NCBI GenBank assembly: GCA_002340265.1
Contig: DDLT01000057.1
Span: 1-51,926, forward strand
DNA length: 51,926 nucleotides
From: Lentisphaeria bacterium UBA2565
Lineage (GTDB): Bacteria; Verrucomicrobiota; Lentisphaeria; UBA2565
Direction of reading: 5' to 3'
Below the pieces are notes generated by a model. The model did not search any database, was not told the DNA's origin, and saw nothing but the letters and a program-made list of their open reading frames with translations. Position 1 is the first letter of the stretch; each line of letters begins with the position of its first letter. Positions 9,732 to 21,218 of the stretch are shown in pieces. A program made the translations under genes and the position numbers.

Positions 9732-9849
9732 AACAGTCTCAATTTTATCATTTTAGTTGATCGATGCCTTCCTGAGGTTCGATGCGAAATTGAAAGTATA
9801 CTGTTTTGGTGTCATTTGCAATGAATTGAAGCAAAGTAATCTAAATACA

Positions 9850-9885
9850 AAAAGCCGTGATTGATTTCTCAGTTCACGGCTTTTT
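9850..9885. terminator. Intrinsic terminator downstream of leuD
   Basis: AAAAGCCGTGA (9850-9860) pairs with TCACGGCTTTT (9874-9884), flanked by A and T runs. Confidence 0.65.
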
Positions 9886-9926
9886 AACTTATGTAAAGTG
9901 CGATGGGCAAAAGGTACTAAAAGTTT

Positions 9927-9975
9927 AACCAGTTAGTCACCTAACTATCTAGATAACTAACCACCCAAATAACTA
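9927..9975. repeat. G-poor AAC(T/C)-word tract; one arm of the inverted pair bracketing leuD
   Basis: AACTAACCACCCAAATAACTA (9955-9975) matches the reverse complement of 10530-10550 at 18 of 21 positions. Confidence 0.6.
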
Positions 9976-10512
9976 TTTTGCTATCATTCCGGTTTTGCGG
10001 GCGTGCTCGAAGATTCCGCCGTCGTCAATTACCGGTTTTACATCACCCATGTCGCGAAGATCATAAACTGATCCGTCGGCTTTGGTGATAGTGTTGCTTG
10101 CAAGATCGATTGTAACTTCTTCGCCAGTTGTAAACTTTTCTGTAATACAGTCTGGAGTTTCAACTGGATAAAGCTCGCCGGTTGCAATGCAGTTACGGAA
10201 GAAGATTCGTGCGAATGACTGCGCGATTACAGCTTTACAGCCGGCAGCTCCAAGTGAAATTGGCGCGTGTTCGCGTGAAGAACCGCAACCGAAGTTTTTG
10301 CCAGCAATTACGATGGCGTATTCGGTTTTCATTTCACCTTCTTTTACATATTTATCATAACTGTCTGGAAGACCGATTAGGGCGTAAGAACCAAGCTCTT
10401 CGTACTCTTCTGGAACTGTTGGTACAAGAGTCAGATAGTTTGCTGGAATAATCTGATCGGTATCAATGTTGTCGCCGACAACAAATACTTTTCCTTTAAT
10501 AATATCACTCAT
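9973..10512 (-). CDS. leuD: 3-isopropylmalate dehydratase small subunit
   Basis: GKNFGCGSSREHAP motif and aconitase swivel-domain pattern. Located downstream of leuC. Confidence 0.85.
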   Translation of the reverse strand: MSDIIKGKVFVVGDNIDTDQIIPANYLTLVPTVPEEYEELGSYALIGLPDSYDKYVKEGEMKTEYAIVIAGKNFGCGSSREHAPISLGAAGCKAVIAQSFARIFFRNCIATGELYPVETPDCITEKFTTGEEVTIDLASNTITKADGSVYDLRDMGDVKPVIDDGGIFEHARKTGMIAK

Positions 10513-10528
10513 TTTATAAAATCCTTGT

Positions 10529-10675
10529 CTAGGTATTTAGGTGGCTAGTTGGTTAGTTGGTTAGAGAAATAACCTAGGACTTTCCAATTGCTGACCTTTA
10601 AAATTATACTGAGGCTTCGCCTTTAGGTGGTTAGGTATATGACCTTCGACCTTTCAACTTATGACCTGTGACCAA
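10529..10675. repeat. Heptad-type tracts filling the 163-nt leuC-leuD spacer (TAGGT/TAGTT words, then GACCTnn words)
   Basis: CTAGGTA TTTAGGT GGCTAGT TGGTTAG TTGGTTA ... GACCTTC GACCTTT CAACTTA TGACCTG TGACCAA. Confidence 0.65.
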
Positions 10676-11986
10676 TTATTTGACAAATTCACGTGGGTCT
10701 GTGATGAATCCGGTTAGTGCGGATGCCGCAACTGTCAATGGCGATGCCAGTACAACTTCACCAGTTTTTGAACCCATTCGTCCAATGAAGTTACGGTTTG
10801 TGGTACTGATACAACGGTCTGAGTTGTTGATTCGTCCGTAGGTATCAACTGGTCCGCCAAGACATGCTGCACATGATGGAGGAGCTGGCTTTTCACAACC
10901 TGCTTCTTCGAATACTTCAACAAGAGTTTTACCGCTTGCAAGTTTTGTTGTTTTCATCAGCTGTTCAACTTCACGAGTTGCAGGAACTAGGAATGTGTGG
11001 ATTTTCACTTTGTGTCCTTCCATCAATTCCGCTGCACGGATGAAGTCTTCGATTTTACCACCAGTACAGCTTCCGATGTAGGCGCGGTCAACTTTCATAT
11101 CGCCACAATCTTTCGCGTACGCTTTGTTGTCTGGCGAATGCGGAAGTGCAACTACCGGATCAAGGTTTGCGATATCAAATTCGTAAGTTGATTCATAGCT
11201 CGCGTCTTCGTCAGAGTGGAAGCAGGTGAACTCTTTGTTGTGAATATTACGTTCGTTCACGTATTTCATGGTGATTTCATCTGGTGCGATGATACCATTT
11301 TTACCACCGGCTTCGATTGCCATGTTACAGATGGTGATACGTTCGTCCATTTCCATGTCTTCAAGTGTTGAACCGCAGAACTCCATTGCCTGGTATGTTG
11401 CGCCGTCTACACCAATTGTGCCGATGATTTCAAGAATAATATCTTTCGCCATCACGTGTTTCGGCATTTTCCCGTTTAGGATGAACTTTTTAGAAGCAGG
11501 TACTTTTACAAGAAGTTTACCAGTTCCCATAAGGAATCCGGCATCTGTATTACCAATTCCGGTTGCAAATGCACCGAATGCACCGTGTGAGCAAGTGTGT
11601 GAATCGGTTCCGAAAATCACTTTACCCGGCTGAACGTGTCCTTCCTGTGGAAGTGCAACGTGGCAGACACCTTTGTAGTTGTCTGTCCCCGGCTGGTAGT
11701 AGTATGGAAGTTCTGCTTCTTCAGCGAATTTTGTCATGAATGCCACGTTACGGTGACACATTTTGTCTTCTGTGTAGATGTAGTGATCTGGAATAATCAC
11801 GACTTTGTTTTTGTCCCAAGGCATTGCGTCTTCACCGAATTCGCGGCGAAGGACACCAACAGTTCCCGGTCCGCAGACGTCGTGTGTTAGAAGAATATCA
11901 GCATTTACCCAGATGTTATCGCCGGGTGCTACAGACTCTTTGCCGGCTGCATTGGCAAGAATCTTTTCGGTAATTGTCATTCCCAT
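10676..11986 (-). CDS. leuC: 3-isopropylmalate dehydratase large subunit (short, archaeal-like/homoaconitase-like type)
   Basis: Fe-S ligand motifs DSHTCSHGAFG, GSCTGG and NRNFIGRMG. ATG at 11986 is preceded by GGAG. The track start at 11998 is a TTG. Confidence 0.85.
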   Translation of the reverse strand: MGMTITEKILANAAGKESVAPGDNIWVNADILLTHDVCGPGTVGVLRREFGEDAMPWDKNKVVIIPDHYIYTEDKMCHRNVAFMTKFAEEAELPYYYQPGTDNYKGVCHVALPQEGHVQPGKVIFGTDSHTCSHGAFGAFATGIGNTDAGFLMGTGKLLVKVPASKKFILNGKMPKHVMAKDIILEIIGTIGVDGATYQAMEFCGSTLEDMEMDERITICNMAIEAGGKNGIIAPDEITMKYVNERNIHNKEFTCFHSDEDASYESTYEFDIANLDPVVALPHSPDNKAYAKDCGDMKVDRAYIGSCTGGKIEDFIRAAELMEGHKVKIHTFLVPATREVEQLMKTTKLASGKTLVEVFEEAGCEKPAPPSCAACLGGPVDTYGRINNSDRCISTTNRNFIGRMGSKTGEVVLASPLTVAASALTGFITDPREFVK

Positions 11987-12002
11987 GATGAACTCCAATT
12001 TT

Positions 12003-12030
12003 GTGAATAATGAATAATGAAAAGTGAATA
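12003..12030. repeat. Heptad tract TGAATAA TGAATAA TGAAAAG TGAATAA
   Basis: Four consecutive 7-mers immediately upstream of the leuC start region. Confidence 0.65.
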
Positions 12031-12395
12031 ATCTTATTTCTATAAGTTCTAAATTGCGTTATTGCTCAAAATAAAGAGCTGTTTATTAAAGCAACAAAGA
12101 AATAATGCAATAAAGAAATCTTGTATAAATTATTTTACAGCCCGTAATTTAGCCATTTTTTGACAAATTTCTCATTGAAACTGAGATATTTATGAAATGT
12201 GTTAATTTTGTGATTCGATAGCTGTTTTTTGTTTTGTTTAAGAAAGAAAAGCTTTGAGACGATGTTTGGTGCGAAATTGGCTAAAAAAACCTTAAAACGC
12301 AAATAAACACGTTTTTTGGCGTTTTTTGTTCTGAAAGTTTGTCTCGGCTGTTTGAAAAAGCCGTTGTCGTCGTTATTTTTCTTTGCTTTATAGTT

Positions 12396-12423
12396 TCGCA
12401 CACATCTTTTGTGTGCGATTTTT
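12396..12423 (+). terminator. Orphan intrinsic terminator-like hairpin about 60 nt upstream of gyrB
   Basis: TCGCACACA (12396-12404), 5-nt loop, TGTGTGCGA (12410-12418), then TTTTT. No plus-strand ORF lies upstream. Confidence 0.5.
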
Positions 12424-12465
12424 GTTGATAATTCAATCATTCTAAGATTTTAAACATAATAATAA

Positions 12466-15006
<2,541 letters not shown>

Positions 15007-15053
15007 AGGTATCAGGCGATGGGCGTTAGGCATAAGGAAAACCTAGTAACAGC
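15007..15053. repeat. Heptad tract (AGGnnnn units); left arm flanking the four-helix-bundle gene
   Basis: AGGTATC AGGCGAT GGGCGTT AGGCATA AGGAAAA. 15022-15037 matches the reverse complement of 15454-15469 at 14 of 16 positions. Confidence 0.7.
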
Positions 15054-15083
15054 GTCCTTGTTTGAATAATAAAAAGTTTTCTT

Positions 15084-15440
15084 ATGAGTGGAAAGTTTAG
15101 AGATTTAAGAGTTTGGCAGAGAAGTAAAGCACTTGCTGTTGAAACTTATCGTGCCACAACTGGTGAGTTTTGGGATAGAGACTATGATTTAAGGCGTCAA
15201 ATTCGACGTGCCGCAGTAAGTGTCCCTTCCAACATTGCCGAAGGTGATGGAAGAAGAAGTGATAAAGATTCTTGTCGCTTTTTCTTAATTGCCAATGGTT
15301 CATTGTCTGAACTTTCCACACAATTAGAAATTTCAATGGAAATTGGATACTTGAGTAAGGAGGCTTTTCTAGCTTTCGAAAGTGAAATTCGAGAAATAGG
15401 GCGAGAGCTTGGAGCATTAATTAAGGCACGAAGAGGGTAA
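15084..15440 (+). CDS. Four-helix-bundle protein (23S rRNA intervening-sequence protein family)
   Basis: RVWQRSKALAVETYR...RRQIRRAAVSVPSNIAEGDGRRSDKD...FFLIANGSLSELSTQLEI matches the family signature (SIpsNIAEG.gR.s..e...Fl.iA.GS..E). Confidence 0.85.
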   Translation: MSGKFRDLRVWQRSKALAVETYRATTGEFWDRDYDLRRQIRRAAVSVPSNIAEGDGRRSDKDSCRFFLIANGSLSELSTQLEISMEIGYLSKEAFLAFESEIREIGRELGALIKARRG

Positions 15441-15483
15441 CTGTCACCCTACGCCTTACGCCTAAAGCCAGATGCCTAAAAGG
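15441..15483. repeat. Heptad tract (Cnnnnnn, ...GC|C units); right arm flanking the four-helix-bundle gene
   Basis: CTGTCAC CCTACGC CTTACGC CTAAAGC CAGATGC CTAAAAG. Confidence 0.7.
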
Positions 15484-15491
15484 AAATTATT

Positions 15492-18167
15492 ATGGACGAA
15501 ATTAATGAAAATACAGAAGTAGAAGTTATGGAGGATGCGATCTCTTATAACGATATTCCAGTGAATATCGAAGATGTGATGCATACCAACTACCTTCAAT
15601 ACTCTTTGAGTGTAAATATCGGGCGTGCGATTCCAGATGTACGCGATGGTTTGAAACCGGGTAACCGCCGTATTCTTTATGCGATGCATAAACTTGGTCT
15701 GACTAAGAGTCGCGGATTTGTTAAAAGTGCACGTGTGGTCGGTGAAGTAATCGGTAAATATCACCCACATGGTGACCAGGCTGTTTATGATACAATGGTT
15801 CGTATGGCTCAGGACTTTAACATGTCTGTGCCGCTTGTTGATGGTCAGGGTAACTTCGGTTCGATTGATGGTGATAACGCCGCGGCTCACCGTTATACAG
15901 AGTGTCGTATGGAACGTACTGCTGAGGAACTTCTAGTTGACCTGGAACGCAACACAGTTGACATGGCACCTACTTTTGATGAAAGCATGTTGGAGCCGAC
16001 TGTGCTTCCTGCCCGTTTCCCGAATATTCTGGTAAACGGTGCGACTGGTATCGGTGTGGGTATGGCGACAAGTATTCCTCCTCACAACCTTGGTGAAGTG
16101 GTTCGTGGTACAATTGAACTTATCGACAATCCGGCAATCACAACTGCTGAGTTGATGCAACATGTTCCTGGTCCAGACCTTCCAACAGGTGCATCGATTG
16201 CGGGTCTTCGTGAAATTGTAAAACTTTACGAAACTGGTCGCGGAATCATTCGTATCAAAGCGAAAGCTACAATCGAAGAAAAGAAAGACGGTTCAGAACA
16301 GATTGTCATTACCGAGATTCCTTATGCGGTGAATAAAGAGCGTGCGATTAAAAAGATTGCCGACCTTATCCGCGATAAAGTCATTACCGGAATTCGTGAC
16401 ATTACCGATGCGTCTTCAAAACGTTTGAAAGACAATCCATTTGGTATCAAAATTGTCATTGATGTGAAACGTAACGCGTCGGCAAATGTGGTATTGAATC
16501 AGCTTTATAAACACACACCACTTGCTTCAAGTATGGGATGTCAGCTTCTTGTGATTCACAAGAATCGTCCTGTAACAATGAACCTGAAACAGGTACTTCA
16601 GGCGTATATTGACCACCGCTGGGAAGTGATTCACCGTCGTAACCTTTTTGATCGTGAAAAGGCTCAAGAACGTGCTCACATTTTGGAAGGTTTGTTGAAA
16701 GCTGTTGATAACATTGATGAAGTTGTAAAAATCATCAAAGAGTCTCGCACAAGTGAAGAAGCTGGAGCAGCTCTTCGTCAACGTTTTGAACTGAGCTTCA
16801 AACAGGCGAAAGCGATTCTTGCAATGCGTTTGAGTCAGCTTACCGGACTGGCAATTGATACGCTACAGTCTGAATATGACGAGTTGATGGAACGTATCGC
16901 TTATTTGACTTCTCTGATTGAAAGTCGTGAATTGACAATGGGCGTTGTGCGTGAAGAGCTTGAAGAAATTCACAAGAAATATGCTCAGGATCGTCGAACT
17001 GAATTGATTCCTGGTGAGTCTGAAATCAACCTTGAAGACCTAATTGCGCGTCGTGTGGTAGCGATTACGGTTTCAAATACCGGCTACATCAAGCGTATGA
17101 ATATGGATGAATTCCGTAAACAGAACCGTGGTGGCAAAGGTGTGATTGGTATGAAAACCAAAGAAGATGATCACGTTGAACATCTTTTCACTGCCTGTAC
17201 GCATGATTACATTCTGTTCTTTACTAACAAAGGTCAGATGCGCTGGCTGAAAGCTTACGAGATTCCAGAGTCAGGACGTACCGGTAAAGGTCAGGCGTTG
17301 GTGAATCTGTTTGAACTTGAAGAAGGCGAACAGATCCGTGCAATGTTGACAACCGATTCACTTGACGTGGAAGAGCGTTATGCGATTATGGCAACTAAAA
17401 ACGGTGTAATTAAGAAGACTGAACTGAAAGCGTTCCGTCATCTACGTAAGAAAGGAATCCGTGCGCTGAATATTCGTGAAGGCGATGACCTAATTGACGT
17501 AGCGATTACCGACGGAACAAATCACGTGATGCTTTCAAGTGCACTTGGTAAAGCATGTCGTTTCCGTGAAACCGACGTTCGTCCGATGGGACGTACTGCG
17601 GCGGGTGTTCGTGGTATCACACTTGCCGAAGGTGACAGTGTCGTAGCAATGTCGGTTCTAAATCCGACTGCTGATATTCTGGTAGTGACCGAACTTGGTC
17701 AAGGTAAACGTACTAAAGTTGGTGAAGGAAATGCTGAAGCCGATGCGAACATTGTCGGCGGATATCGTTTGACAAAACGTGGCGGTAAAGGTGTGACCTC
17801 TGTAAAACTCGGCGATGATGACAAAGTAGTTGCGGCGCTTCAGATTGAAGAAGACTGCGATATCATGATGATGTCAATCAAAGGTCAGATGGTACGAATT
17901 GGTACTGATCAGATTCGTCAGATGGGACGTGCTTGTAAAGGTGTCCGCGTGATGAGTTTCAAAGACAAAGGCGACCGTATCAGTTCTGTTTCTAAAATTG
18001 CCGAAATGGCAGAAGAGGAGACTGAACAAGAACTAGATGAAAACGATAACCCAATTGCTCCAGTGGAAAGTAACGAAGCTACCGCTGAAGCAACAGAAGG
18101 TGCAGAAACTGCACCAACCACAGATGGTCCAGAAGCAACTGAAGACTCAGCAGAAACAGCTGAGTAA
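15492..18167 (+). CDS. gyrA: DNA gyrase subunit A
   Basis: Active-site AAHRYTECRM, quinolone-region GKYHPHGDQAVYD, GyrA-box NRGGKGV, and an acidic C-terminal tail. Confidence 0.95.
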   Translation: MDEINENTEVEVMEDAISYNDIPVNIEDVMHTNYLQYSLSVNIGRAIPDVRDGLKPGNRRILYAMHKLGLTKSRGFVKSARVVGEVIGKYHPHGDQAVYDTMVRMAQDFNMSVPLVDGQGNFGSIDGDNAAAHRYTECRMERTAEELLVDLERNTVDMAPTFDESMLEPTVLPARFPNILVNGATGIGVGMATSIPPHNLGEVVRGTIELIDNPAITTAELMQHVPGPDLPTGASIAGLREIVKLYETGRGIIRIKAKATIEEKKDGSEQIVITEIPYAVNKERAIKKIADLIRDKVITGIRDITDASSKRLKDNPFGIKIVIDVKRNASANVVLNQLYKHTPLASSMGCQLLVIHKNRPVTMNLKQVLQAYIDHRWEVIHRRNLFDREKAQERAHILEGLLKAVDNIDEVVKIIKESRTSEEAGAALRQRFELSFKQAKAILAMRLSQLTGLAIDTLQSEYDELMERIAYLTSLIESRELTMGVVREELEEIHKKYAQDRRTELIPGESEINLEDLIARRVVAITVSNTGYIKRMNMDEFRKQNRGGKGVIGMKTKEDDHVEHLFTACTHDYILFFTNKGQMRWLKAYEIPESGRTGKGQALVNLFELEEGEQIRAMLTTDSLDVEERYAIMATKNGVIKKTELKAFRHLRKKGIRALNIREGDDLIDVAITDGTNHVMLSSALGKACRFRETDVRPMGRTAAGVRGITLAEGDSVVAMSVLNPTADILVVTELGQGKRTKVGEGNAEADANIVGGYRLTKRGGKGVTSVKLGDDDKVVAALQIEEDCDIMMMSIKGQMVRIGTDQIRQMGRACKGVRVMSFKDKGDRISSVSKIAEMAEEETEQELDENDNPIAPVESNEATAEATEGAETAPTTDGPEATEDSAETAE

Positions 18168-18182
18168 TTAATAGTATAAGAT

Positions 18183-18222
18183 CAGGCTGGCTTGGCATAT
18201 TGTCAGGTTAGCCTGTTTTTTT
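18183..18222 (+). terminator. Intrinsic terminator after gyrA
   Basis: CAGGCT (18183-18188) pairs with AGCCTG (18210-18215), followed by seven T. Confidence 0.55.
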
Positions 18223-18232
18223 AGGGGTAAAA

Positions 18233-18412
18233 ATGTACAGAACTATTTTCATGCTTTTACTTAAAGTTTTATCTTATATTTTGGCTGCTGTAATTGGTTT
18301 TGTATTGTCGTTTTTGATTGTGCGATCTTTTGCTTCTGAATTGGTCGCGTTTCTTTTTGCTACATTGTTTGGCGCTGAGTTTTTTGCTTTGGTTCTATTT
18401 GTTTATGGATAA
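18233..18412 (+). CDS. Possible 59-aa two-helix membrane peptide (below the ORF-track cut-off)
   Basis: ATG at 18233 follows AGGGG. Sequence MYRTIFMLLLKVLSYILAAVIGFVLSFLIVRSFASELVAFLFATLFGAEFFALVLFVYG. Evidence is hydrophobic composition only. Confidence 0.35.
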   Translation: MYRTIFMLLLKVLSYILAAVIGFVLSFLIVRSFASELVAFLFATLFGAEFFALVLFVYG

Positions 18413-18429
18413 AATTTTTAGGAAAGTCG

Positions 18430-19494
18430 ATGGGAGAGAAAATAATGACTAAAAACAAATTGATTCGTAATTCCACTGCTGAGTTTTTGATTTTTACTGG
18501 GCAAAGTGGGGAAAGCAGTATTGAGGCTCGTTATGAAGACGAGACAATTTGGCTTTCTCAAAAATTGATGGCAGAGCTTTTCGATGTAAATGTTAGAACC
18601 ATAAACGAACATTTGCAGAATATTTACAAAAGTGATGAACTTACGAAAGAGTCAACTATCCGGAATTTCCGGATAGTTCAAACCGAAGGAAACCGTCAAG
18701 TAACACGTAAGGTTGACTTCTACAACCTTGATGTGATTATTTCTGTTGGTTATAGGGTAAATTCAGTTCGTGCCACGCAATTTCGTCAGTGGGCGACAGC
18801 TGTATTGCGTGACTTTGCAGTTAAAGGCTATGTGATCGACCGTGCAAGAATGGAAAACGGGGTTTTTCTTGATGAAAATTATTTTGAGACTCTTTTAGAG
18901 GAAATTCGTGAAATTCGTCTCTCGGAGCGTCAATTTTATCAAAAAATCACTGATATTTATGCTACGAGTGTGGATTATAACAAGGAAGCTCCAACTACGA
19001 GGAAGTTTTTTGCTAAAGTTCAAAATAAATTACATTTTGCAATTCATGGCCACACAGCAGCAGAATTGATTGTCGAACGAGCAGATTCGACTAAGGATAA
19101 AATGGGACTTTCAAACTGGAAAAACTCTCCCGATGGTAAAATTCTTAAATCGGATGTTTCAGTAGCGAAAAACTATTTGAGAAAGAGTGAAGTTGATAAT
19201 TTGGGGAAAATTGTTAATGCCTATCTGGAATTGGCTGAGTTGAGAGCAAAGCGACAGATTCCGATGACCATGGAAGATTGGGCTAAAAGACTTGACCTTT
19301 TCTTGGAGCTCGATGATTGGAATGTTTTAGAAGGTTCAGGTAAAATTACTTCAGCAGTCGCCAAAGATTATGCTGAAAGTGAATTTGAGAAATACCGGAT
19401 TGTCCAAGACAAACTTTTTGAAAGTGATTTTGATAAAATACTACGCCTTTTAGAAGATTCTGTCGAATACACAGTAAAACCTAACAACAATTAG
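18430..19494 (+). CDS. RhuM family (virulence-associated, DNA-binding-like) protein
   Basis: IEARYEDETIWLSQKLMAELFDV...NLDVIISVGYRVNSVRATQFRQWAT is the typical RhuM N-terminal pattern. Alternative start at ATG 18445 with GGAGAG upstream. Confidence 0.75.
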   Translation: MGEKIMTKNKLIRNSTAEFLIFTGQSGESSIEARYEDETIWLSQKLMAELFDVNVRTINEHLQNIYKSDELTKESTIRNFRIVQTEGNRQVTRKVDFYNLDVIISVGYRVNSVRATQFRQWATAVLRDFAVKGYVIDRARMENGVFLDENYFETLLEEIREIRLSERQFYQKITDIYATSVDYNKEAPTTRKFFAKVQNKLHFAIHGHTAAELIVERADSTKDKMGLSNWKNSPDGKILKSDVSVAKNYLRKSEVDNLGKIVNAYLELAELRAKRQIPMTMEDWAKRLDLFLELDDWNVLEGSGKITSAVAKDYAESEFEKYRIVQDKLFESDFDKILRLLEDSVEYTVKPNNN

Positions 19495-19497
19495 AAC

Positions 19498-20418
19498 ATG
19501 ACTAAATTCTGTTATTTTTATGATCGCAATGGCGATACCATTGAACTTTCGAAGGCGGAGGCGCTTCATCTTACTCAAGGTGAAATTGTCGCGCATGGTG
19601 TTATCGTTAGTGACACGGCTTGTGATTGGCAACGTTCAGCTTTTATTCGTGGTGGTGGAAAGTTGATTGCTTCTGGAAAAAATCTTGATGCACTTTGTGA
19701 ACGCCTTGAAGAGTTAAATGTTTCCGCAAATAATTTTAAGATTGTGTCGGAGCCGATTCCACGTTTGCGAAAGGGGGATCATCATGCAATTATTCAGGTG
19801 GCTGATTCGATCAAAGGCCCTGTTGACCTTAAAAATCCGGAAACTGTTTTTGTGCTTATTATAAGTGGTGAAGGATGCTGGTTGAGTGAAAGTGATGAAG
19901 AAGCCGAACAAGCTTGGAAAACTTTAAAATATAAACCTTTTGCTTTTTGTAATGCGTTGCCGATTAAGATTGCACGAGCGATGATTAATTTGACGGCTAC
20001 ACATGGCGATTCTGTTTTTGATCCGTGCTGCGGGTCGGGAACAATTCCATTGATGGCGGCTGAACTCGGCTTTTCTGCAATGGGTGGTGACAAGAGTTGG
20101 CCGAATTTGAATATAAGTCGAAAGAATATAGCTCATTTCGGTTTTGATGCAGAACTGCTACAGGAAGATGCCACGGAAACTAACCGGGCTACAGGCTGCA
20201 TTGTGACGAATCTGCCTTACGGCTTGTATTTGCCGATTTCTGAAGAGGTATTGATTGGAATGCTAAACAATTTTAAGGGGTTAACTAAAAAGGTCTCGAT
20301 TGTGACAACTGACGATATTTCTGAGAAGTTGACAGATTGCGGCTATCAAATCAATCAGCATATTTTGTCTAAAAGTAACAATTTGGTACGTCATATTTAT
20401 TTGACTGAGGTGATTTAA
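19498..20418 (+). CDS. SAM-dependent methyltransferase (UPF0020/Trm11-like, NLPYG catalytic motif)
   Basis: Motif I is VFDPCCGSGTIPLMAA. Motif IV is IVTNLPYG. Starts 3 nt after the rhuM stop. Confidence 0.7.
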   Translation: MTKFCYFYDRNGDTIELSKAEALHLTQGEIVAHGVIVSDTACDWQRSAFIRGGGKLIASGKNLDALCERLEELNVSANNFKIVSEPIPRLRKGDHHAIIQVADSIKGPVDLKNPETVFVLIISGEGCWLSESDEEAEQAWKTLKYKPFAFCNALPIKIARAMINLTATHGDSVFDPCCGSGTIPLMAAELGFSAMGGDKSWPNLNISRKNIAHFGFDAELLQEDATETNRATGCIVTNLPYGLYLPISEEVLIGMLNNFKGLTKKVSIVTTDDISEKLTDCGYQINQHILSKSNNLVRHIYLTEVI

Positions 20419-20825
20419 TGGAGCTCGGCAAGTTTACAATTAACGATTGGTCTTTCAGCTTTGACTTTGTCAGAGCAGCGGGCCCGGGCGGTCAACATGT
20501 GAACAAAACGTCAACAGCCGTCGTTTTACGTTTTAAACTTTACCAAAGCGGTTTGAGTGAAGGCATTATCAATCGATTCAGCAAAAAGTTTGCCAAACGG
20601 TTAACTTCGGATGGAGAATTGATTATTAAATCGATGAGTCACAGAAGTCAGCTTCGAAATCGTGAAGTGGCTTTTGCGCGGCTTGAAGGAATGATTGCGG
20701 AGGTGGCAGTACGTCCGAAGTTCCGTGTGGCGACTAAACCTTCGAAAGGGGCTAAAAAGCGTCGAGTTGAAGGAAAAAAACGACGCTCCGACGTAAAGAA
20801 AAATCGTGGACGCGTCGATTATTAA
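20418..20825 (+). CDS. arfB: Alternative ribosome-rescue factor ArfB (peptidyl-tRNA hydrolase, GGQ)
   Basis: GPGGQHVNKTSTAV GGQ motif, basic C-terminal tail, about 135 aa. Start overlaps the upstream stop (TAATG). Confidence 0.85.
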   Translation: MELGKFTINDWSFSFDFVRAAGPGGQHVNKTSTAVVLRFKLYQSGLSEGIINRFSKKFAKRLTSDGELIIKSMSHRSQLRNREVAFARLEGMIAEVAVRPKFRVATKPSKGAKKRRVEGKKRRSDVKKNRGRVDY

Positions 20826-20826
20826 A

Positions 20827-21051
20827 CTATTGACCGTGAACTCTTATACGTTCAGGTCTTCTGATTAGTAGGTAGAGCAACGCTCCAATCCAGTTCGTCA
20901 GGACGATTATTAAAATCCAGATTAGTTTATCATTTCCCTGATCAGGCTCTTTTGTTGCACAGTCGACTAGCATCCATACCCAAAGTGCAACAGAACCAAC
21001 TCCAATTGCTAAGCATGCTAGCATGAAGACAAGAGCAAAAATTGCAGACAT
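20827..21051 (-). CDS. PLDc_N-type small membrane protein
   Basis: Two TM helices with NDKLIWILIIVLTNWIGALLYLLIRRP, typical of the cardiolipin-synthase N-terminal-like domain. Confidence 0.65.
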   Translation of the reverse strand: MSAIFALVFMLACLAIGVGSVALWVWMLVDCATKEPDQGNDKLIWILIIVLTNWIGALLYLLIRRPERIRVHGQ

Positions 21052-21218
21052 ATTTGTATCCTTTATCTGTTTTGTTAATAGATTACAAGGTAAAGGATGT
21101 TTCCTTCATTGCAACCAGTCTATTATATTTTTAAAAACCTCTTGTTTTCGACTCTATTTTTTACTATGCTTTTCAGCACAAACCGAATTCTTAGCATAAT
21201 TTTATTATCGAGTACAAA

